Shown here: positions 6,750 to 12,857 of the stretch, one piece after another | How positions within the stretch are numbered: position 1 is the stretch's first letter | How the letters are laid out: every line of letters starts with the position of its first letter | Position numbers and translations under genes: made by a program | IMG/VR virus record: IMGVR_UViG_3300018080_003280 | DNA: 13,898 bases | Reading direction: 5' to 3' (one strand) | Source: a virus | The notes under the pieces: generated by a model | Seen by the model: the letters and a program-made list of their open reading frames with translations, nothing else | The model's database searches: none | What the model was told of the DNA's origin: nothing

Positions 6750-6986
6750 TTACCCATCGGTTACCACCCCATTCGGTTTGGTGATTTCCAGGAGATAGCT
6801 GCCAGTAGCCAGAGGCGGCGGACCCCAATCGAGGTCCTCATCAATCTCGGCTCCGGTTCGTTTGCAAAATTTCCAGGAGCCACATATGATGCGTTTGTCG
6901 GTTACGCGTGTGACGCGTAACTTCATTGGGACTTGGCCACCGAGCATTCTGGTGACCTCGTCGCCGACCCTGATGCGAGTATGCAT
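6750..6986 (-). CDS. hypothetical small protein (78 aa, or 58 aa from ATG 6926)
   Basis: ATG at 6986 with AAGGAG at 6-nt spacing. The alternative ATG at 6926 forms an ATGA overlap with the upstream gene stop. Confidence 0.45.
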   Translation of the reverse strand: MHTRIRVGDEVTRMLGGQVPMKLRVTRVTDKRIICGSWKFCKRTGAEIDEDLDWGPPPLATGSYLLEITKPNGVVTDG

Positions 6987-7219
6987 CGGTCACTCCTTGG
7001 CGTAAACGGAATGATTGGTCCGAGGGCTGCTTGCTTGGCTTTTGTCTGCCGCTCGAGCATGAGGTCGTCGATGATCTTCTCATTGTGTCTGATCTGGATC
7101 ATCGCGATCTGCAAGTCGATACTGTCGGCAAGCACCTCAGGGAAGTCGCGCTCCAGTACATCAGCGATGCTGCGGCGACTGGTTTTACGTTTCGTCCACA
7201 GCTGTGGATCAGTAGGCAT
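6923..7219 (-). CDS. hypothetical protein, 98 aa
   Basis: Internal ATG at 7219 preceded by AGGAGGA, MPTDPQLWTKRK... Confidence 0.5.
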   Translation of the reverse strand: MPTDPQLWTKRKTSRRSIADVLERDFPEVLADSIDLQIAMIQIRHNEKIIDDLMLERQTKAKQAALGPIIPFTPRSDRCILASGSATRSPECSVAKSQ

Positions 7220-7227
7220 AAGTCCTC

Positions 7228-7437
7228 CTATTGACTTGCTATCCAGGAACCGATAACGACACCGGCAGCTACTATTGCGCCGACGATGGTAAGCAAGACG
7301 GTGACGGCCATGCAGCCGTACATGCACATAAAGCACCCGTCTATCTTATCCTTCTTCTCCGGCGGTTTCGTTGCCATCGCCTCGTCCCGCGCTGCCATCC
7401 GGGCCAGCGCTTTCGCGTCCGCTCTCCTGTCTGCCAT
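7228..7437 (-). CDS. small single-pass membrane protein (~69 aa, start uncertain)
   Basis: C-terminal hydrophobic helix AVTVLLTIVGAIVAAGVVIGSWI. ATG at 7437 preceded by GGAAGGAAAG. Overlaps the 3' end of the 7346..7636 gene in another frame. Confidence 0.4.
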   Translation of the reverse strand: MADRRADAKALARMAARDEAMATKPPEKKDKIDGCFMCMYGCMAVTVLLTIVGAIVAAGVVIGSWIASQ

Positions 7438-7636
7438 CGCGGGCTTTCCTTCCATGATGGATAGGGTTCTTGTTAAGTTGCAACTGACCCATGTAGACAT
7501 GATACGTACCAGTCTCGTACGACTCGTTGATCTTGTCGCACTCGATGATCGCGTCATTAAGGGCCATGTGGATTTCGCCAACGACCTTCTCCGGGTAGGG
7601 GCGGGTCGCTATGACGAAGACAGTTGTCTGTGACAT
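7346..7636 (-). CDS. hypothetical protein, 96 aa, translationally coupled to the radical SAM gene
   Basis: ATG at 7636 overlaps the radical SAM stop as TGATG. Globular-looking N-terminal 55 aa, then a low-complexity G/R/E tail. Confidence 0.45.
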   Translation of the reverse strand: MSQTTVFVIATRPYPEKVVGEIHMALNDAIIECDKINESYETGTYHVYMGQLQLNKNPIHHGRKARDGRQESGRESAGPDGSAGRGDGNETAGEEG

Positions 7637-8523
7637 CAGATGATGCGGCTCCCTCTGTACTTCCAGTCGTACCGAAGTTGGCCGTCCGGAAAGTAGATGA
7701 GTTGTCGAATCTCGTCCGGGTTGAGCGTGTCCGTCAAACAGTTGTTGACACACACGTTCTGCCCGTCAACGTCGTATATGATCGCATTGTGCGGCAGCAC
7801 CAGCAGCTTCTGTCCGCCGAGCTCTTCGACGCAGTGTTTGATCTGGTATGTGCCGTCATACTTGCGTTCATCCTCGGGAAACAGTTTGAGGGCCGGCAGC
7901 TTGTGCTGCTTGGCCCACACGTAAACTTCGTTATCGCCCGCCATCATGTCTGGCACGGCGACCTCGCGGATGGTCAGTTGCTCGACCGAGAACTTGCGAC
8001 ACTGCATGATCAGATCCGCGATGCCCTGTTTGGTGCAGATGCCGGTATGCATGGCTGTGCAGTTGATCCGCACGGCCATACCAGCATTGTGGATCCGATC
8101 GACGAGCTCCCAGATCTCGAACCCAGCGTGGTCCATGATCTTGGCGTTCTTATTCGAGTCGAAATGGACGATCGAGAGGCAGACGAGGGTCATGCCGCGA
8201 CAGGACCACTCGTGCAGCCATCTGTTGTCGGGCTCCTGGGCGAGTGTCAGTCCGTTGGTCTGCAGTTCGATCAGCGGGAAGATCTCGGATACCCGGGCGA
8301 CATATCTGGTTACCAGCTTCGGGAAGAGCGTAGGCTCCCCCTTGCCGGTGATAAGGGCCGTCGTGGCACCGCTCATGGTTGCCAGCCTCGCGGCGACGTC
8401 CATGCGGGCCCAGCTGGGTTCCTTAATGTTTTCCTCCTGCGTGGTCATCTTGGACACGCAGAACGGGCACTTGGCGTTGCACGCCTCCGTGCCGCAGACA
8501 AGGGACAGCGTTCCAAACTTCAT
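7636..8523 (-). CDS. radical SAM enzyme, 295 aa (MoaA/viperin/PFL-activase-like core)
   Basis: CNAKCPFC (C-x3-C-x2-C) near the N-terminus, GKGEPTL SAM-binding glycine motif, LQTNG motif. Additional C-terminal Cys (CTAMHTGIC, CVNNC). ATGA overlap with the upstream gene. Confidence 0.85.
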   Translation of the reverse strand: MKFGTLSLVCGTEACNAKCPFCVSKMTTQEENIKEPSWARMDVAARLATMSGATTALITGKGEPTLFPKLVTRYVARVSEIFPLIELQTNGLTLAQEPDNRWLHEWSCRGMTLVCLSIVHFDSNKNAKIMDHAGFEIWELVDRIHNAGMAVRINCTAMHTGICTKQGIADLIMQCRKFSVEQLTIREVAVPDMMAGDNEVYVWAKQHKLPALKLFPEDERKYDGTYQIKHCVEELGGQKLLVLPHNAIIYDVDGQNVCVNNCLTDTLNPDEIRQLIYFPDGQLRYDWKYRGSRII

Positions 8524-8855
8524 TTCGGTACTCGCTCCTCGGGTACTTCGTGGTCATGACATTCCGTTTTCATGGCGTCGGGTGCCAATTTGTTTGCCAC
8601 CAACAAGCAACGGCCGCACATCCACGTGTCTTCGGGCACGACGTCGGCGAACTGTGCCTCGGCCGCCGTCTTGTCGGGGCCGTCATCCATGTCCTCGATC
8701 TGCTTGGCAATCTCGTCGAGGGCGAGTACGCCGCGGGCGATGATGTCTTGTTTGTACGCCAGCTCGACAGCGTGGTCCTCGCCGCACCAGTTGCACCGGA
8801 GCGTCTCGGTCTTCTCGCCCGGCAGGTGGATGTTGATGTTCAGTTTTTCACTCAT
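8520..8855 (-). CDS. zinc-ribbon protein, 111 aa
   Basis: CNWCG ... CGRC pairs. ATGA overlaps at both ends. Confidence 0.6.
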   Translation of the reverse strand: MSEKLNINIHLPGEKTETLRCNWCGEDHAVELAYKQDIIARGVLALDEIAKQIEDMDDGPDKTAAEAQFADVVPEDTWMCGRCLLVANKLAPDAMKTECHDHEVPEERVPK

Positions 8856-9391
8856 ATCGGTAGCTCTCCCAGTTTACGCGGTTTGTAGGGTACGAATGCC
8901 GAGAACATGCAGTTCGGCAGGCACAGCAGCTTCTCCGTGTCCATGGCTTCCATCGCCTTCCGCGCGAAGCCGTACTGCGAGGCATCCACAGGCGGGTCGC
9001 CGAGCAGATTGAACTGCTTCCAGATGCCACGTTCCGATCGTACGGCAGGCACACGGACACGCATACCAGGTATGCATTTGCCGTCGCTCCGGATCTCTGC
9101 ATTCGGCTCGGGCGTGCAGACACAGTCGAAACCCTCTTCGGTGCCCCAGAAGTAGGACACGCGGCCGAGGATGCACCACTTCTCCTTGTCCTGCATGACG
9201 TGCAGGTGTCCATGGTAGAGATAGAACGTGTGGCTGGCGATTCGGAGCTCGTATTCGTACGGGAGGAAAACACCGACATGCTCGCGGATCTCCTCTGTCT
9301 CTTCTTCGCTCGCACGGAGGTCCTCTGGTGAGAGGATAGCTGGCGATGCCGCAGCTGCAGCGGAAACCTTCAGCATGTCACGACGATTCAT
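8852..9391 (-). CDS. Tat-signal exported protein, 179 aa, His-rich motif
   Basis: Internal ATG at 9391 with AAGGAAG at 6-nt spacing. N-terminus MNRRDMLKVSAAAAASPAILS fits the twin-arginine consensus (RRxxLK, Ala-rich h-region). Mature part has YLYHGHLH and 6 Cys. Confidence 0.6.
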   Translation of the reverse strand: MNRRDMLKVSAAAAASPAILSPEDLRASEEETEEIREHVGVFLPYEYELRIASHTFYLYHGHLHVMQDKEKWCILGRVSYFWGTEEGFDCVCTPEPNAEIRSDGKCIPGMRVRVPAVRSERGIWKQFNLLGDPPVDASQYGFARKAMEAMDTEKLLCLPNCMFSAFVPYKPRKLGELPI

Positions 9392-9713
9392 TGTCTTCTT
9401 CCTTTTCTGGTTTGGCTTCGATGATACGCAGTACCACCTTCGGCTCCACAACGGTATCAAAATCAGCCGTACGCAGTGCGAGCAATACTTCAAACGCGAG
9501 AGACGGATAGAGTCTGCATGCGTCATTCCGCTCGGGCACCCAGCGGGCATCTGCGATATTTTTGTTAGCAGGCCAGCCAGGCCACGCCGACAAGAATGTG
9601 TCGGGCGTGCCATACGGGTTAGCCAAGCACGGAGGATCTCCGGGCTTTCTAATGACATGGTCTCTGGCACGGGCAGCATTGCCAAAGGTCTCCACGGTCG
9701 CTTTCAAACTCAT
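9378..9713 (-). CDS. hypothetical protein, 110 aa, acidic C-terminal tail
   Basis: Internal ATG at 9713 with GAGGAG at 5-nt spacing. The 3' end (EKEEDNESS) overlaps the start of the Tat-protein gene by 14 nt. Confidence 0.55.
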   Translation of the reverse strand: MSLKATVETFGNAARARDHVIRKPGDPPCLANPYGTPDTFLSAWPGWPANKNIADARWVPERNDACRLYPSLAFEVLLALRTADFDTVVEPKVVLRIIEAKPEKEEDNESS

Positions 9714-9970
9714 AGTCTCTCCTCTCTTGTGTATTTTGCCGTCCCGTGTTACACAAAACACGGACGCATAAAACCGGGCCAGGCTACGTCCGCGGTCTCT
9801 TTCTTTTGACAACGCAATACCTCGTTGCACGACTCAGCTACCCCTGCTGCCGTAGGATACGACGGAGGAATGAGAGATCGATACCAGGAAGCAAGCGCTT
9901 TTGCTTTGTTCACCTTTGCAGTTAGGACTTTCGACAAGTCGGTTAAAAGTTACTAAAACGGGACGGCAAG

Positions 9971-10043
9971 GGTGACCGGCGGAAATCGAATCCGCAACCT
10001 CCGGAGTCACATTCCGGTGCTCTTCCAGTTGAGCTACGGCCAC
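9971..10043 (-). tRNA. tRNA-His (anticodon GUG)
   Basis: Acceptor GTGGCCG/CGGTCAC, U8 A9, D stem GCTC/GAGC, anticodon arm CCGGA-ATGTGAC-TCCGG, T arm GCGGA-TTCGATT-TCCGC, discriminator C. No encoded CCA and no encoded G-1. Confidence 0.7.
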
Positions 10044-10045
10044 AG

Positions 10046-10118
10046 CAGGCACCCGAGGAATCGAACCTCGCCAGGCGGTTTTGGAGACCGCTTCGCCAGC
10101 CTTGGAACATTGGCACCT
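10046..10118 (-). tRNA. tRNA-Trp (anticodon CCA), weak D stem
   Basis: Acceptor AGGTGCC/GGTGCCT (two G-U pairs), anticodon arm GCGGT-CTCCAAA-ACCGC, T arm CGAGG-TTCGATT-CCTCG. The D stem pairs only with wobbles. Separated from tRNA-His by 2 nt. Confidence 0.5.
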
Positions 10119-10120
10119 CG

Positions 10121-10384
10121 CTAAAACCCAAAAAGTGCTACGTGTTCGACATCGTCACCTCCCATCATCTGGAAAATGAACTCGTCGTAATTTTCTCGTT
10201 TCTGTACGATGAAGGCTGCAGCGGCGCCGGTGCAGCCGCATTCCGGACAATGGATCCGTCGCGGGTTTTCGACCCACTGTTCCGGGTGCCACGTAAAGAA
10301 TTTGAATTCCAGGCCACATTTCATGCATTTGACTTGGAATTCTGTATGTTTCGGCTTTTTCGTGTCGCCGTTACTTTCGCTCAT
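10121..10384 (-). CDS. zinc-ribbon protein, 87 aa
   Basis: Internal ATG at 10384 with GGAGG at 7-nt spacing. CMKCG ... CPECG. Confidence 0.55.
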   Translation of the reverse strand: MSESNGDTKKPKHTEFQVKCMKCGLEFKFFTWHPEQWVENPRRIHCPECGCTGAAAAFIVQKRENYDEFIFQMMGGDDVEHVALFGF

Positions 10385-10414
10385 AGCTATACCTCCACGG
10401 TTAAATGTATGCAG

Positions 10415-10487
10415 AGACAAGGGTGGGATTTGAACCCACGACCCGCGGATTAACAGTCCGCTGCGCTGACCACTGAGCTACCCTGTC
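10415..10487 (-). tRNA. tRNA-Asn (anticodon GUU)
   Basis: Acceptor GACAGGG/CCTTGTC, anticodon arm GCGGA-CTGTTAA-TCCGC, T arm GTGGG-TTCAAAT-CCCAC. One mismatch in the D stem. No CCA. Confidence 0.7.
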
Positions 10488-10764
10488 ATTCGCGGAGCTC
10501 TACGAACTCCACGAACTCGTTTTCGACTAAGTACTCATAGATATCGCGCTCCGGCGGCCATTGTTGATTGCGATTCCGCCAGTTGTAACCGAAGGTACTG
10601 TGCAGGTGGGCGTGGAGCGCGTTCTTTGCGGCACCGATCGTTGTCCACATGGACTTGCCGCTGCGTAGGCGTATAAGCCTTCCTTGATACCGGATGCCGT
10701 ATGCGTTACCCGGATTGCGGTCGCGGACCGACTCGGAGAATCGATCTATGACTTCTCGGTTCAT
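10486..10764 (-). CDS. hypothetical protein, 92 aa
   Basis: ATG at 10764 overlaps the upstream stop as TGATG. Translation has GKSMWTTIGAAKNALHAHL. Confidence 0.5.
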   Translation of the reverse strand: MNREVIDRFSESVRDRNPGNAYGIRYQGRLIRLRSGKSMWTTIGAAKNALHAHLHSTFGYNWRNRNQQWPPERDIYEYLVENEFVEFVELRE

Positions 10765-10973
10765 CAGTTGTCCTCAGGTGTCTCGAGGATATGGGCGATA
10801 GCGTAGTCTACGCCATCAATCTTTTCGATACCCACGAAGCGGGCTGGCTTGCCTTTGATCACGACGACCTTACCAATGCCACCCAGTCTCCGTAGTTCCT
10901 GCGCCTGTTCCGGTGTCAGCTTAGCGCCGACATGACGCGTGTGTTTTGCATCCGTCAGCGCAGCCTTCTTCAT
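10764..10973 (-). CDS. hypothetical protein, 69 aa
   Basis: ATG at 10973 with AAGGAGG at 6-nt spacing. Confidence 0.55.
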   Translation of the reverse strand: MKKAALTDAKHTRHVGAKLTPEQAQELRRLGGIGKVVVIKGKPARFVGIEKIDGVDYAIAHILETPEDN

Positions 10974-11328
10974 TGCAGCCCTCCTTGGGTTCGTCGGGTA
11001 CTGGTTTGATCACGATTTTTACGGGCGGGTCCGCATGGCAGCGATAGCCGGCCTTGCGGAGTTTGTGTACCCACTCGAACGTGACGAGCGCGTTTAGCTT
11101 TAGGGCACTTTCGCGTGTTTCACACGTTATTGCTTTATACTTACGCCCTGTTTCCTCGGCAATGGTTGACGGATATTCGTCTACACCAAACAGATATAGC
11201 TCTTGTGTGCCCCACGGATGCTCCTTGCTCGGAGGCATCGGATCCATCACGATGATGGAACGTGGCGGGCACGTGCCGCACTTACATCCGGCAGTGCAGC
11301 CATCCACTATTGCTTCTGCTTTGAGCAT
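10921..11328 (-). CDS. Cys-rich PWGT-motif protein, 135 aa (paralogue of the next gene)
   Basis: ATG at 11328 with GGAGGAAGAGGA. Shares HPWGT...YL... and PPVKIV blocks with the 11307..11672 product. Cys clusters at both ends (CTAGCKCGTC, GCNEEGCADGCKTHASC). Confidence 0.55.
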   Translation of the reverse strand: MLKAEAIVDGCTAGCKCGTCPPRSIIVMDPMPPSKEHPWGTQELYLFGVDEYPSTIAEETGRKYKAITCETRESALKLNALVTFEWVHKLRKAGYRCHADPPVKIVIKPVPDEPKEGCNEEGCADGCKTHASCRR

Positions 11329-11672
11329 TCCTCTTCCTCCGTGGGACGCTTGTCCGAAAATGTAAGCACGATTGTGACTGGAGGTTCGGTTCGACAGATC
11401 TCGCCGAGCTCCTTACGCACCCATCCTGCCCATCGCACGGCTGTCTTGCGGGACATTGGGTAGGCGAATTCGCGGTGTGGCGTGAACTCGAACCAATGTA
11501 TTTCGCCAAGCAGGGCTCCTTCATTCCAGCCGTATCTCCTTGCGCCGCCCGCTTTGAGGTACTGCTTTGGCGTACCCCACGGATTACCCTTGCCAGGCGG
11601 CTTCGCGGGTATCGCAATGTGGTGGTCGAGGTGATTGTCCCGTCCACTCGACTCTAGTGTCACTTTCAGCAT
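11307..11672 (-). CDS. PWGT-motif protein, 121 aa (paralogue of previous gene)
   Basis: ATG at 11672 with GAGGAGG at 5-nt spacing, directly after tRNA-Gln. Contains NPWGTPKQYL and PPVTIV blocks. Confidence 0.6.
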   Translation of the reverse strand: MLKVTLESSGRDNHLDHHIAIPAKPPGKGNPWGTPKQYLKAGGARRYGWNEGALLGEIHWFEFTPHREFAYPMSRKTAVRWAGWVRKELGEICRTEPPVTIVLTFSDKRPTEEEECSKQKQ

Positions 11673-11687
11673 AGCATCCTCCTCAAA

Positions 11688-11757
11688 AGGCCCGCCAGGA
11701 TTCGAACCTGAGATATAGGAACCAAAATCCTATGTGTTACCGTTACACCACAGGCCT
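11688..11757 (-). tRNA. tRNA-Gln (anticodon UUG)
   Basis: Acceptor AGGCCTG/CGGGCCT, D stem GTGT/ACAC, anticodon arm TAGGA-TTTTGGT-TCCTA, T arm with TTCGAAT loop. No CCA. Confidence 0.7.
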
Positions 11758-12028
11758 ACGTGTTCTTCTTCAGCCGCACTTTGCGTGGTAAACGTTCAAT
11801 CTGTTGGCGACCCTCCGGTTCTTGAACCATTTCGCCAATGATGTCCTGCACAATCGGGAGAACAACCGGCCGCAGTACTTCCTGCGGTATCGGTATGCAC
11901 GCAGAATGCGTAACTACTCCGGTGTGCAAGTTTATATCGATCCAGAGTGTGCCATCTTCTATAGCGTAGGCTCGTCCGGTCATATACATGGTGTGGCGGA
12001 TATGCGCAGCTAATTCGTCAGCTGTCAT
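11756..12028 (-). CDS. hypothetical protein, 90 aa
   Basis: ATG at 12028. Ends at the tRNA-Gln 5' end. Confidence 0.5.
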   Translation of the reverse strand: MTADELAAHIRHTMYMTGRAYAIEDGTLWIDINLHTGVVTHSACIPIPQEVLRPVVLPIVQDIIGEMVQEPEGRQQIERLPRKVRLKKNT

Positions 12029-12191
12029 CAGTCTCTTCCACTACCTCGCCAACGTACCGCATGACATCGTCGTCACGTTCGTAGCGATATTTACGGCCGT
12101 CGTCAGTGACGATGGTGGCGCCATTGCTGCCGCCGTCTTGGTGTTCGGCCCCGTCGATAGGGCCGCCGATGAACTCGATCCACTCATGCAT
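12018..12191 (-). CDS. hypothetical acidic small protein, 57 aa (not in the ORF track)
   Basis: ATG at 12191 preceded by AAGGTGGAGGA. Translation MHEWIEFIGGPIDGAEHQDGGSNGATIVTDDGRKYRYERDDDVMRYVGEVVEETDDS. Its stop overlaps the next gene start by 10 nt. Confidence 0.4.
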   Translation of the reverse strand: MHEWIEFIGGPIDGAEHQDGGSNGATIVTDDGRKYRYERDDDVMRYVGEVVEETDDS

Positions 12192-12206
12192 TCCTCCACC
12201 TTTTAG

Positions 12207-12236
12207 TTCTCAGGAACAAAATTGCGTACTGGACCC
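12207..12236. promoter_or_regulatory. palindromic motif copy 2 (TTAGTTCTCAGGAACAAAAT ... CTGGAC)
   Basis: Near-identical to the 2477-2505 motif, with the same GAACAAAAT-N6-CTGGAC arrangement. Lies immediately 5' of the RBS of the 57-aa gene on the minus strand. Confidence 0.35.
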
Positions 12237-12663
12237 GCCTCTCCGATGGTATAGAGTCGTGTCAACAGCAGGTCGCTCAGCGGCAGTCCGGTGCCTATAC
12301 CTCACACACCGTCCGTACACCGCAACGTCAGAAGCCCTTCGCTTTCAGGACCCTATGTACTCCCTATCCGGTCGCTGAACTGCAGCGCGCGGCCCGGACT
12401 CAGTTTTCAGTTCTGGGCTGGTGCAGCTTGTAGCACCACATCCAACGTCGTACGCACCAAGTCAATGGTTTTTGCGCTGGGGTGTCCTCGCCGCCAGCGA
12501 ATGCACGCTCAAACGGACACCCGTACCTCTCCCGGCAACAGTCGCTGGACTCGACAGGAGATCGTAATTCACTAAGTTGTGCTTTCCCGTTCAAAGTACC
12601 CAGGGGAAAGCTTTCGGTCGAGGGTACAGACTTACTTAAACAACATACTGTGAACCGCGCAAG

Positions 12664-12736
12664 TGACCCGTGGGGGAATCGAACCCACCCCTGCTGGATC
12701 GAAAATCCAGTGTCCTAACCGATAGACGAACGGGCC
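12664..12736 (-). tRNA. tRNA-Glu (anticodon UUC)
   Basis: Acceptor GGCCCGT/ACGGGTC, D stem GTCT/GGAC with GG in the loop, anticodon arm CTGGA-TTTTCGA-TCCAG, T loop TTCGATT. One U-C mismatch in the T stem. No CCA. Confidence 0.6.
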
Positions 12737-12740
12737 AAAA

Positions 12741-12801
12741 CAACACGGACAGTGCATGGGTGCCGCCGCACCGTTACAAGAGCGGCAGACTGTCCGTGTT
12801 G
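12741..12801. repeat. perfect 13-bp inverted repeat CAACACGGACAGT / ACTGTCCGTGTTG with a 35-nt loop
   Basis: Directly abuts the tRNA-Glu 5' end. The loop carries a nested GGTGC/GCACC stem. A second 7-bp inverted repeat GGCTACG/CGTAGCC lies at 12811-12849. Confidence 0.45.
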
Positions 12802-12857
12802 GTACATCTGGCTACGACGTGCCGGGTTAGGGCGCGCCTCCACGTAGCCGTCTGTTT

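Noticed and set aside
6527-6757. Arg-rich 76-aa minus ORF and 6612..6920 plus ORF
   Set aside because: The 76-aa ORF overlaps the well-supported start of the 257-aa gene in another frame, reads as RRRK low complexity and has no RBS. The plus ORF is antisense to supported genes.
7624-8559. 311-aa plus-strand ORF
   Set aside because: Antisense to the radical SAM gene, which has unmistakable CxxxCxxC and GGEP-like motifs. No start context.
9871-9960. 29-aa plus-strand ORF with GGAGGA immediately before ATG
   Set aside because: SD-to-ATG spacing is essentially zero. It is tiny and isolated on the non-coding strand, in an intergenic leader that is better explained as a regulatory region.
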